NCBI GenBank assembly: GCA_035506575.1
Contig: DATJPD010000043.1
Coordinates: forward strand, 24,051-88,050
Reading direction: 5' to 3'
DNA from: Alphaproteobacteria bacterium
GTDB taxonomy: Bacteria > Pseudomonadota > Alphaproteobacteria > CACIAM-22H2
Length of the DNA: 64,000 bases
Shown here: positions 55,317 through 64,000 of the stretch, in pieces
How the letters are laid out: the number at the start of each line of letters is the position of its first letter
Position numbering within the stretch: the first letter of the stretch is position 1
Program-made: the position numbers and the translations under genes
Notes under the pieces: generated by a model
What the model saw: the letters and a program-made list of their open reading frames with translations, nothing else
Databases searched by the model: none
What the model was told of the DNA's origin: nothing

Positions 55317-56252
55317 ATGGCCGTTGAAATGAAATCCCAGCAACTCCATCCCGGGCGTCGTAAGCTGTTGAAATGCATGATGGCGGGCAGCGCCGGCGTG
55401 CTGTGGTCGGTGGTTGGCGGCGTGCCGACGCCGTTCAGCCTGGCCGGCGAAGCGTTCGCCGCGACCGGCGACTTCACCTTCATGCAGATCAGCGATACCC
55501 ATATCGGCTTCAAGGCGGCGGCCAATCCCGATCCGGCCGGCACCCTCAAGGACGCCCTCGCCAAGGTGGGAACCGTGAAGCCGTCGCTGCTGCTCCACAC
55601 CGGCGACGTCAGCCACCTCACCAAGCCCGAAGAATTCGAGATGGCGGCGCAGATCATGAAGCTCGCCGGTCTCGAGACGCATTACGTTCCGGGCGAGCAT
55701 GACACGATCAATGACAACGGCAAGTCGTTCTTCGAGCGCTTCGGCCACGACAAGCGGACCGAAGGCGGCTGGTACAGCTTCGATCAAGGCGGCGTCCACT
55801 TCGTGGGACTCGTCAATGTGGTTAACCTGCGGCCGGGCGGTCTCGGCTATCTCGGGCCCGACCAGCTCGCGTGGCTCACGGCGGATCTGAAGGGCAAGAC
55901 GGCCAGCACGCCGATCGTCGTGTTCGCCCACATGCCGCTGTGGACGGTGTCCGCCGCGTGGGGGTGGGGGACCGACGATGCCGCACCGGCGATCGAGCAA
56001 CTCAAGCGTTTCGGGTCGGCGACCGTGCTCAACGGCCACATCCACCAGGTGATCCAGAAGGTCGAAGGCAACGTCAAGCTTCAGACGGCCTATTCGACCG
56101 CATTCCCGCAGGCGGCACCCGATACACCCGGAGCCGGGCCCGGCCCGCTCAAGGTGGCGGCCGAGCAGCTCAAGTCCGTCTTGGGCGTGCGGCGGGTCGA
56201 CGTCGTGCGTGACAAGGGCGTCACGCTCACCGACGCGACCTTGGCGGCGTGA
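55317..56252 (+). CDS. TAT-secreted metallophosphoesterase (calcineurin-like)
   Basis: start MAVEMK with a GGGGAGAGG Shine-Dalgarno; twin-arginine signal RRKLLKCMMAGSAG; motifs HTGDVSH, VPGEHD, NGHIHQ. Confidence 0.85.
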   Translation: MAVEMKSQQLHPGRRKLLKCMMAGSAGVLWSVVGGVPTPFSLAGEAFAATGDFTFMQISDTHIGFKAAANPDPAGTLKDALAKVGTVKPSLLLHTGDVSHLTKPEEFEMAAQIMKLAGLETHYVPGEHDTINDNGKSFFERFGHDKRTEGGWYSFDQGGVHFVGLVNVVNLRPGGLGYLGPDQLAWLTADLKGKTASTPIVVFAHMPLWTVSAAWGWGTDDAAPAIEQLKRFGSATVLNGHIHQVIQKVEGNVKLQTAYSTAFPQAAPDTPGAGPGPLKVAAEQLKSVLGVRRVDVVRDKGVTLTDATLAA

Positions 56253-56260
56253 GGATCATC

Positions 56261-56629
56261 ATGTCGGCCCTTCGCAGGACCGCAAGCCTGGCCGCGACCG
56301 TCGCCCTGCCGCTCCTCCTGGGCGCCGGGGCCGGATCGTGGCTCGGCTGGCACAGTGTCGCGGCAGCACCCGCGGCGGTCGACGTGGTGATCGACAACTT
56401 CGCCTTCGGCCCAGCCACCCTGACCGTGCCGCGCGGCAGCACGGTCACCTGGACCAACAAGGACGACGATCCGCACACGGTGGTGAGCGACGGCGCCGAT
56501 CCCAAGCTGTTCAAATCGGGAGCGCTCGACACCGACGACCACTTCACCTTCACCTTCAACGACGCCGGCACGTTCAAGTACTTCTGCACCATCCATCCGC
56601 GCATGCAGGGCACGGTGATCGTGCAGTAA
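56261..56629 (+). CDS. amicyanin-like type-1 copper protein (cupredoxin)
   Basis: signal peptide; copper ligands H (DPHTVV) and C-x2-H-x2-M (FCTIHPRMQG), matching amicyanin CTPHPFM; start ATG 56261 (GAGGA Shine-Dalgarno) or GTG 56249 overlapping the upstream stop. Confidence 0.75.
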   Translation: MSALRRTASLAATVALPLLLGAGAGSWLGWHSVAAAPAAVDVVIDNFAFGPATLTVPRGSTVTWTNKDDDPHTVVSDGADPKLFKSGALDTDDHFTFTFNDAGTFKYFCTIHPRMQGTVIVQ

Positions 56630-56684
56630 CCAGCACTCCATCCTGCCTGCCGCGCGCGGGCAGGATGGAGGCTCCTTCAGGGTC

Positions 56685-57149
56685 ATGGACATGAGAACAC
56701 TCCTCCCCCGGGCCGCCCTCGCGGCGACGCTGCTCCTCGCCTTTGCGGTCGCGACGGAAGCGCAAATTGCTCCGCCGCAGGTCGCCCAACGCCAGGAGCT
56801 GATGAAATCCAACGGCGCCGCCGTACGAGCGCTGGTGCGGATGCTGCGCGGGACCGAGCCGTGGGATCCTGCCGCGGCAAGACGGGCCGCCGTGACAATC
56901 AATGGCAATTCCAAACAGATCATCGGCTTGTTCCCGCCCGGATCCGGCCCCGCCAGCGGGGCCAAGACCGGCGCAAGCGACGCGATCTGGGAGAACCTCA
57001 GCGACTTCGAGGCCAAGGCGAAAACCCTCGAGGACGAATCCGCGAAGCTGGTCGCGGCCAGCGACGATGCTGCCCTGAAGGCGCAGATTCCGGTGGTCGG
57101 AAAGGCGTGCAGCGGCTGCCACGAAACCTACCGCAACGCGCCGGAATGA
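56685..57149 (+). CDS. class II cytochrome c (cytochrome c'/c556 family)
   Basis: signal peptide; single C-terminal haem site CSGCHETYR; four-helix-bundle size (about 130 aa mature). Confidence 0.75.
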   Translation: MDMRTLLPRAALAATLLLAFAVATEAQIAPPQVAQRQELMKSNGAAVRALVRMLRGTEPWDPAAARRAAVTINGNSKQIIGLFPPGSGPASGAKTGASDAIWENLSDFEAKAKTLEDESAKLVAASDDAALKAQIPVVGKACSGCHETYRNAPE

Positions 57150-57245
57150 CCCGCGGGGCGCTTTTTATCAGATGACCAATAAGGTCTTCTGCTGGCGCGC
57201 GAAATCAATTAGATTTGTGCAAAATAACTTCGATCGCGCGGGACT

Positions 57246-57785
57246 GTGACCACAGTTTCAGAGGCGAATCCGGCGGCGTCGCCGATCAGCGATGACCGCC
57301 TCAGGGCAGGCTACGAGTATTGGCGGCGCAAGGCGGCTAGCCGGCGCATGCCTCGCCGTGGCGATCTCGATCCTACCGAGATCCCGCGACTCCTGCCGCA
57401 CGTGATGCTGGTCGAGGTGGCGGACGGCCGCTACCGCTATCGCCTGATCGGCACCGAAAACGAGCGCGCCCAGGGCATCAACGCGACCGGCTGCTTCATC
57501 GACGACGTTCTCAAAGGCACGGAATACAAGGCGCACGTGCTCGGGCTGTACGACAGCGTGGTGCGCGAGCGCCGACCGATCTATTCGGAATGCCTGTTCA
57601 TGTCGCCCGAGATCGGCGCCATCGAACGACACACGAAGGTATTGTTCATGCCGCTGTCGGACGACGGCGAGGCCGTGAACATCGTCTTCGTGATGCAGAT
57701 CTTTCTGTACATCGACCAGGCGACGCGCGACCGGCACTTCATCGACGCGCGTCCCTACAAAGAGATCGCCCATTCCTTGCTATAA
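57246..57785 (+). CDS. PAS_5 (PF07310-type) domain protein
   Basis: 179 aa; hallmark YEYWRRKAASRRMPRRGDLDP...RYRLIG...LFMPL of the alphaproteobacterial PAS_5 family. Confidence 0.7.
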   Translation: MTTVSEANPAASPISDDRLRAGYEYWRRKAASRRMPRRGDLDPTEIPRLLPHVMLVEVADGRYRYRLIGTENERAQGINATGCFIDDVLKGTEYKAHVLGLYDSVVRERRPIYSECLFMSPEIGAIERHTKVLFMPLSDDGEAVNIVFVMQIFLYIDQATRDRHFIDARPYKEIAHSLL

Positions 57786-57812
57786 GAGGGCACCCGCCCC
57801 TGTAGCGGCTCG

Positions 57813-58613
57813 TCACTCGCGCGGGTCGGCGTCCAGCCGCACGGCGACGCCTTCGAGGCCCGGCTTGGCGGCCGGATAGCGCTTCAGCACCAGCGGATCG
57901 TGCCCGGGCACGATGTGCGCCGGCGAGCTCGCGAGCCGCCGCAAGGTCTGATAGCCCTCGAGCATGTCGGCGAGGTTGTAGATGATCGGAAACGGCCGCG
58001 ACTTTTCCATGTTCGCATAGAGGTGCGCCGCGTCCGATGCCAGAACCACCCAGCCGCGGCGGGTGAACACGCGCACCGACTGCAAGCCCATCGTGTGGCC
58101 GCCGATGAAATGCACGGACAGGCCGGGTGCGAGCTCCTCCGCACCGTCGTGGAAGCGGAGCCGGCCGTCGAACAGCCGGCCCACCATCGCCTGCACATCT
58201 TCGCATTCGAAGGAATGCCGCAGCGGCGGATGGCACATGCAGCGGCCGGTCACGTACTGCATCTCCTTGTCCTGCACGTGATAGCATGCGTTCGGGAACA
58301 GGTCGTGGTTGCCGACATGGTCGTAGTGCATGTGCGACACGATCACGTCCTCGATGCGTCCGGGATCGACGCCGACTGCCTTCAGGCCCTCGCCGGGCGA
58401 GCGCAGGTGCTCGCGCCCGCGCTTCCTGGCGACCGCGGCACTGAAGCCGGTGTCGAGGACCCAGGTCTTGTCCGCCCCCACGATCGCCCAGACGAAATAG
58501 TCGAGCGGCATCGGGCCGTCATGCGGGTCGCCGCCGAGGAAATTCTCAGATGCGCGCCGCGGATGATGCGCGTAACGGATCGCGTAGATCTCGTAAGGGG
58601 CCGGTGTCGACAT
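57813..58613 (-). CDS. MBL-fold metallo-hydrolase (N-acyl-homoserine-lactonase-like)
   Basis: 266 aa; HMHYDH zinc motif. Confidence 0.8.
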   Translation of the reverse strand: MSTPAPYEIYAIRYAHHPRRASENFLGGDPHDGPMPLDYFVWAIVGADKTWVLDTGFSAAVARKRGREHLRSPGEGLKAVGVDPGRIEDVIVSHMHYDHVGNHDLFPNACYHVQDKEMQYVTGRCMCHPPLRHSFECEDVQAMVGRLFDGRLRFHDGAEELAPGLSVHFIGGHTMGLQSVRVFTRRGWVVLASDAAHLYANMEKSRPFPIIYNLADMLEGYQTLRRLASSPAHIVPGHDPLVLKRYPAAKPGLEGVAVRLDADPRE

Positions 58614-58692
58614 GGCGCTCCTCCTCCCGCTGACCCGGGATCAGCTTGGCGGGCCGGAGCGGCGTTGGCAAGGCAGGCCGGGCGGCGGCCCG

Positions 58693-59298
58693 TCAGCCGT
58701 CCTTGGCTTGCGCGCCCTTATAGGCAGGCCGAGCTGCGAGCCGCTCGGCATAGTCGGTGAACACCGGCGTCGCCGGCCACAGCTTCGCCTGCAGTAGGAA
58801 TGAGATGCTGCCGCCCACCACCACGTCGGCGGCGGAAAACCGCTCGCCGAGCAGATGCGGGCCGACGGTCAGCGTATCGGCGAGCAGACCCTCGACCTCG
58901 GCCGGCGGGCCCCAGCCGAACGTGCCGATCTTATGGGGGAGAGTGAGAGCCTTTTCGAGCAGCGCCGGCTCGAGCACGCCCGTGGAATAGGCAAGCCATG
59001 ACAGATAGGGACCGCGCAGCTTGTCGCCGACGACCGGACCGATACCGGCTTTCGGAAAGGCGTCGGTGAGATAGAGGGCAATCGCCGGCGTCTCGAACAC
59101 CGGCACGCCGTTATGCACGATCGCCGGGACCTTGCCGTGCGGATGGATTTTGCGATAGCCCGGCTCCTCGGCGCCGCTGCCGTCGCGCCGCCGGATCGAC
59201 ACGACCTTCTTCTCGTACGGCACGCCCAGCTCTTCGAGCAGCCACAGCATGCGGAACGACCGCGACCGCGGCGCGTGATAGAGGGTCAGCATCGGCAA
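58693..59298 (-). CDS. glutathione S-transferase
   Basis: 201 aa; thioredoxin-like N-domain LTLYHAPRSRSFRMLWLLEELGVPYE plus an alpha-helical C-domain. Confidence 0.85.
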   Translation of the reverse strand: MPMLTLYHAPRSRSFRMLWLLEELGVPYEKKVVSIRRRDGSGAEEPGYRKIHPHGKVPAIVHNGVPVFETPAIALYLTDAFPKAGIGPVVGDKLRGPYLSWLAYSTGVLEPALLEKALTLPHKIGTFGWGPPAEVEGLLADTLTVGPHLLGERFSAADVVVGGSISFLLQAKLWPATPVFTDYAERLAARPAYKGAQAKDG

Positions 59299-59320
59299 CC
59301 TCCACCCTTGAAGGCCGGCG

Positions 59321-61150
59321 TCAGCCGGCTTCGGCCTCGGCGGCGCGCGCGGCCTTCTTGCGGTCGTTGAGGTCGAGCAGCTTCTTGCGCAAGCGGATCG
59401 ACTTCGGCGTGACCTCGACCAGCTCGTCGTCGGCGATATAGGCGATCGCCTGCTCGAGGCTGAGGATCTTGGGCGGGGTGAGCCGGATCATCTCGTCGTG
59501 CGAGTGCGTGCGCACGTTGGTGAGCTGCTTGCCCTTGATCGGGTTCACGTCGAGGTCGTTGTCGCGCGTGTGCTCGCCGATGATCATGCCCGGATACACA
59601 GGCACGCCGGGATTGATGAGCATCGGACCGCGGTCCTCGAGGTTCCACAGCGCATAGGCCACGGCAACGCCCGAGGCGTTCGAGATCAGCACGCCGGTGC
59701 GGCGGCCGTCGATCGGACCCTTGTACGGCGCGTAGCCATGGAACAGCTTGTTCATCACGCCGGTCCCGCGCGTGTCGGTCAGGAATTCGCCGTGGTAGCC
59801 GATCAGTCCGCGCGACGGGACCAGGAAGGTCACGCGCGTCTTGCCGCCGCCCGACGGACGCATGTCCGTCATCTCGCCGCGGCGCTTGCCGATCTGCTCG
59901 ACCACGACGCCCGTGAATTCGTCGTCGACGTCGATCTGCACCTCCTCGATCGGCTCGAGGCGCTGGCCCGTGGTCGCATCGGACTTGAAGATGACGCGCG
60001 GGCGGCTGATCGACAGCTCGAAGCCCTCGCGACGCATGGTTTCGACCAGCACGCCGAGCTGAAGCTCGCCGCGGCCGGAGACCTCGTACGCCTCGCCGCC
60101 GTCGGTCTCGCGCACGCGGATGGCGACGTTGCCCTCGGCCTCGCGCATCAGGCGGTCGCGGATCATCCGGCTGGTGACCTTGCTGCCTTCGCGGCCGGCC
60201 AGCGGAGAATCGTTGACCGAGAACGTCATCGCCAGCGTCGGCGGGTCGACCGGCGTCGCCGGGATCGCGGTCTCGACCACAATATCGCAGATCGTATCGG
60301 CGACGGTGGTCTTGGTGAGTCCGGCGATCGCGATGATGTCACCCGCTTCCGCCTGGTCGATCGGGATCCGTTCGAGCCCGCGGAAGGAAAGGAGCTTGGT
60401 GAGCCGCGCCTCCTCGATCACCTGGCCGTCGCGCGACAGCGCGTGCACCGGCATGTTCATGCGCGCCACGCCGCTGTGGACGCGGCCGGTCAAGACGCGG
60501 CCCAGATACGAATCGTATTCGAGCGTCGTCACCAGCATCTTGAACGGCTGCTCGAGATCGCGTGTCGGCGGCGGCACGTAGTCGACGATGAGCTTGAACA
60601 GCGGCTCCAGGCTCTCGCGCGGCGCTTCCAAGCTCTCGGCCGCCCAGCCGTTGCGGCCGGAAGCGAACAGCTGCGGGAAATCGAGCTGTTCGTCGGTCGC
60701 GCCGAGTGCCGCCAGCAGATCGAACATCGCGGTGTGCACCTCGTGCGGACGAGCGTCCGCGCGGTCGACCTTGTTGATGATGACGATCGGCCGCAGGCCT
60801 TGCTTCAAGGCCTTCATGGTGACGAACTTGGTCTGCGGCAGCGGGCCCTCGGCCGCATCCACCAGCACCACGACCCCGTCGACCATCGACAGGATGCGCT
60901 CCACCTCGCCGCCGAAATCGGCGTGGCCGGGCGTGTCGACGATGTTGATGCGCACCCCGTTCCACTCGACCGAAGTGCACTTGGCAAGGATCGTGATCCC
61001 GCGCTCGCGCTCGAGGTCGTTCGAATCCATCGCGCATTCGGCGACCTGCTGATTGGCGCGGAACGCCCCCGACTGCTTCAGGAGCGCATCGACGAGCGTG
61101 GTCTTGCCATGGTCGACGTGCGCGATAATGGCGATGTTGCGGATGTTCAT
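59321..61150 (-). CDS. typA: translational GTPase TypA/BipA
   Basis: start MNIRNIAIIAHVDHGKTT (A at 61150); EF-G-like domain order. Confidence 0.95.
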   Translation of the reverse strand: MNIRNIAIIAHVDHGKTTLVDALLKQSGAFRANQQVAECAMDSNDLERERGITILAKCTSVEWNGVRINIVDTPGHADFGGEVERILSMVDGVVVLVDAAEGPLPQTKFVTMKALKQGLRPIVIINKVDRADARPHEVHTAMFDLLAALGATDEQLDFPQLFASGRNGWAAESLEAPRESLEPLFKLIVDYVPPPTRDLEQPFKMLVTTLEYDSYLGRVLTGRVHSGVARMNMPVHALSRDGQVIEEARLTKLLSFRGLERIPIDQAEAGDIIAIAGLTKTTVADTICDIVVETAIPATPVDPPTLAMTFSVNDSPLAGREGSKVTSRMIRDRLMREAEGNVAIRVRETDGGEAYEVSGRGELQLGVLVETMRREGFELSISRPRVIFKSDATTGQRLEPIEEVQIDVDDEFTGVVVEQIGKRRGEMTDMRPSGGGKTRVTFLVPSRGLIGYHGEFLTDTRGTGVMNKLFHGYAPYKGPIDGRRTGVLISNASGVAVAYALWNLEDRGPMLINPGVPVYPGMIIGEHTRDNDLDVNPIKGKQLTNVRTHSHDEMIRLTPPKILSLEQAIAYIADDELVEVTPKSIRLRKKLLDLNDRKKAARAAEAEAG

Positions 61151-61296
61151 AAAAGCCCTATAGGACGAATAAACGAAGAACCGGGCGCGGTCGTCCCGCC
61201 CCGGTTCTCTATTGCGCTGCAATATAAGCGCTTTCGGGCCGTTTTTAAAGCCCGATCCGCGCGGATCGTATCAAAAGATGATTAATATTCTGATAC

Positions 61297-62298
61297 TTAG
61301 GCGTGACCCATGCGGCTTTTCACGAGGTCCTTGAGCGAGACTTCCGGCCGCGCGCCAAAATGCGAGATGATTTCGGCTGCACAGATGACGCCGATTCGCC
61401 CGGCGCTGGCGAGATTGTGGCCGTGGGTGAGCCCGAACAGGAACCCGGCGGCGAACAGGTCGCCGGCACCCGTGGTGTCGATCACCTGCGCAACCTTCTC
61501 GGCGTGCACCGCGTGGGTCTGGTCGCCCGAGACGATCACGGCCCCTTTTTCGCTGCGGGTGAGGGCTGCGATCCGGTCCTTCTTCTGGCGCAGGCGCTGC
61601 ACGGCCGTATCGAAATTCTCCGTCTGATACAGCGAGGATATCTCCGCCTCGTTGGCGAACAGGATGTCGACGTCCTTCTCGACCAGCTCCAGAAACTCGG
61701 CGCGGTGACGATCGACGCAGAACGGATCCGAGAGCGACAGCGCCACCTTGCGTCCGGCGGCGTGCGCGATCTTCACCGCCTTGCGAAAGGCTTCCTTGGC
61801 TTCCGGCGGATCCCACAGATAGCCTTCGAGGTAGGTGATGCGCGCCCCCTGGATCTGCTCCATGCGCACGTCGTCGGGCTTCAGCTCGATGCAGGCGCCG
61901 AGATAGGTCTGCATCGTCCGCTGGCCGTCCGGTGTCACGAAGATCAGGCAGCGCGCCGTCGGCGGGCCGCCCTTGGCCGGCGCCGTGGCGAACGCCACAC
62001 CAGCCGCCTTGATGTCGTGATTGAACACGCTGCCGAGCTGGTCGGCGCACACCTTGCCGACGAAGGCGCCGCGGCCACCCAACGAGGCAATGCCGGCCAT
62101 CGTGTTGGCGACCGAGCCGCCCGAGCACTCAATCGCGGGCGCCATGGCGGCATAGAGTTTCCCCGCCGTCGGCGCATCGATCAGGGTCATGGCGCCCTTG
62201 GCGAGCTTGTGCTCGGCCAGGAACGCCTCGTCGGACTTCGCGAGCACGTCGACGATCGCGTTGCCGATACCAATCACGTCGAAATCAGAAGCAGCCAT
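61297..62298 (-). CDS. PfkB-family carbohydrate/adenosine kinase
   Basis: start MAASDFDVIGIGNAIVDV (A at 62298); PfkB signatures GGSVANT and DTTGAGDLFAAGFLFG. Confidence 0.8.
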   Translation of the reverse strand: MAASDFDVIGIGNAIVDVLAKSDEAFLAEHKLAKGAMTLIDAPTAGKLYAAMAPAIECSGGSVANTMAGIASLGGRGAFVGKVCADQLGSVFNHDIKAAGVAFATAPAKGGPPTARCLIFVTPDGQRTMQTYLGACIELKPDDVRMEQIQGARITYLEGYLWDPPEAKEAFRKAVKIAHAAGRKVALSLSDPFCVDRHRAEFLELVEKDVDILFANEAEISSLYQTENFDTAVQRLRQKKDRIAALTRSEKGAVIVSGDQTHAVHAEKVAQVIDTTGAGDLFAAGFLFGLTHGHNLASAGRIGVICAAEIISHFGARPEVSLKDLVKSRMGHA

Positions 62299-62423
62299 GT
62301 CTCCTCGGGGTCTCGAATGGCGCCGGATCGCCCGACGCAAGAGGTGAGAGCGCAGTATAGCCGCGTCATCCTGCCGCGCAATTGAGGCGCCCACGCCGGC
62401 CCCCACTCCGAACCCAATGGGCC

Positions 62424-63146
62424 ATGCTAGAACTGCCCATGCTCCGCGACTTCAGTTTGGCCATGGCCCAGCTCGGCGACCGCGCGTTCCGGCGCCCGCT
62501 GGTGCTTGGCCTGGCGCTCTCGGCGCTCGTATTCGTGGCCCTGTGGATGGCCGTATGGGTCGTCCTGCGCCACACCCATATCTTCGCCACCGGATGGCTC
62601 AACACGGCGGTCGCCGCCCTAGGCGAGCTTGCCGCGTTCGGGCTGGCCTACCTGCTATATCCCGGCGTCGTGGGTGCCGTGACCTCGCTGTTCCTCGACC
62701 AGGCGATCCTGGCGGTTGAAGCCCGCCATTACCCGCGACTCGGGGCCCCCCGGCGAATCGGCCTCAGCGAGCAGGTTGTCCGGGCGCTGCGGCTCCTCGT
62801 TCTGACGGTCGTGCTCAACCTATTGCTGCTGCCGGTGTATCTGGTCCCGTTCATAAACTTATTGGTCTTCCTTGCGCTGAATGGATATATTCTCGGCCGC
62901 GAGTATTTCGAGATGGTGGCGCCGCGGCGCGCCGACCCTTCGGGGGTGCGCCGGTTGTGGCGGGATCATCGCTGGACGTGGATCGTGATGGGGGCAGCGA
63001 TCGCGTTCCTGTCGACGTTGCCCGTCATCAACCTGATCGCACCCCTGCTCGGAGTCGCGGCGATGGTCCATCGAGTCGCAAGGCTTGGAACGAGCATCGC
63101 AGGAACGGGGATCGCACCTGGGGGTGGCACACCGACTCTGGTCTAA
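62424..63146 (+). CDS. EI24/CysZ-family (DUF540) membrane protein
   Basis: four hydrophobic helices in the EI24/CysZ arrangement; start at MLELPMLRD. Confidence 0.5.
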   Translation: MLELPMLRDFSLAMAQLGDRAFRRPLVLGLALSALVFVALWMAVWVVLRHTHIFATGWLNTAVAALGELAAFGLAYLLYPGVVGAVTSLFLDQAILAVEARHYPRLGAPRRIGLSEQVVRALRLLVLTVVLNLLLLPVYLVPFINLLVFLALNGYILGREYFEMVAPRRADPSGVRRLWRDHRWTWIVMGAAIAFLSTLPVINLIAPLLGVAAMVHRVARLGTSIAGTGIAPGGGTPTLV

Positions 63147-63270
63147 GCAGCTGACCTCTCGGAGAGCCCGGACGAATGGTCGGACCTGTCATTGAGTGGT
63201 CGTTGGGGGCGGCTGCCGTTCGAGCCGTAATCATGGACGCGTCAGGCTGTCGCGTCGGCCATAAAGGAGT

Positions 63271-63900
63271 GTGACGAGCATGTTTCGTCGTAAGAAAGAG
63301 GATGGTGACGACATGAAGCCTGAGTCAGTGACCCCAGCTTCGGAAGAATCGACGGTGACCATGGTCGACAGCGCGGCCGCGGCGAAGCCGATGGCGGCAG
63401 CAGTCGGTGGGGCCCGGCCGATGATGAGCCCGGCGCCCGCGGCAGGCGGGGCCGCTCCGTTCGCCAAGCCCACGGCACCGGTCATCGGACGCGCCGGCGT
63501 CACCTGGAGCCGCGAGCGGGCACCCAATGCGGCACCGGGCGGCGGCGACGCGCCGACCGAAAGCAAGAAGCTGATCGTCGGCCGCGAGATCGTGCTCTCG
63601 GGGCAGATCACGTCCTGCGACCGGCTGGTCGTCGAAGGCCGCGTCGAAGCATCGCTCACCGAGAGCCGCGTGATCGAGATCGCCGAGACCGGCCATTTCA
63701 AAGGCTCCGCCGAGATCGAGAGCGCGGAGATCGCGGGCCGCTACGAGGGGACGCTCACCGTGCGCGAGCGCCTGTTCATCCGCTCCACCGGCAAGGTGAA
63801 CGGCAAGGTCACCTACGGTCAGATCGAAATCGAGCCGGGCGGCGAAATCGCCGGCGAGGTCCATGTCGGACCGCGGCGCTCCGGCTCCGCGTCGGAATAA
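63271..63900 (+). CDS. bactofilin-family cytoskeletal protein
   Basis: Ala/Pro-rich N-terminus followed by a beta-helical bactofilin core (KLIVGREIVLSGQITSCDRLVVEGRVEASL...GKVNGKVTYGQIEIEPGGEIAGEV). Confidence 0.8.
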   Translation: MTSMFRRKKEDGDDMKPESVTPASEESTVTMVDSAAAAKPMAAAVGGARPMMSPAPAAGGAAPFAKPTAPVIGRAGVTWSRERAPNAAPGGGDAPTESKKLIVGREIVLSGQITSCDRLVVEGRVEASLTESRVIEIAETGHFKGSAEIESAEIAGRYEGTLTVRERLFIRSTGKVNGKVTYGQIEIEPGGEIAGEVHVGPRRSGSASE

Positions 63901-64000
63901 GCGCGTCCTTCCGTTGATCTGCCGATCCCGGCGGAATCCGGGCATCGTCGTGCGGCCACGGTCGTTACACGCCCGTCCGTTCCGGCTGGGTCCCGCGTGG

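Overview
This 64 kb window is a high-GC (about 65%) chromosomal segment, most likely from a Bradyrhizobiaceae/Rhizobiales-type alphaproteobacterium. It consists almost entirely of conserved housekeeping operons. The minus strand carries rpsO-truB-rbfA-infB-(ylxR/L7Ae)-nusA-rimP, then metK-trmB, then lnt-corC-ybeY-phoH-miaB, then olsA-olsB-fur-mucR-rimI-tsaB. The plus strand carries a complete Pho locus, phoR-pstSCAB-phoU-phoB. Also present are trpS, murJ, glnD, mutS, maeB, ald, ampG, typA, an adenosine-kinase-like gene and a bactofilin. I found no rRNA, tRNA, CRISPR array, transposase or integrase. Four places look less ordinary. (1) A roughly 6 kb block sits between murJ and glnD (CoA-transferase, DMT exporter, orphan family-5 SBP), ending in a convergent gene pair flanked by AT-rich DNA. 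One gene of the pair has an unknown N-terminal domain fused to a PAS_5-like C-terminus; the other is GNAT-like. (2) An ECF sigma/anti-sigma pair faces a TAT-signal metallophosphoesterase, an amicyanin-like cupredoxin and a class-II cytochrome c. (3) There are two candidate Pho boxes, one before pstS and a second one internal, before pstC and after a hairpin. (4) fur, olsB and olsA appear to form one transcription unit. All calls rest on reading the supplied ORF translations and the raw sequence. No database search was run, so family names are recognition-based.
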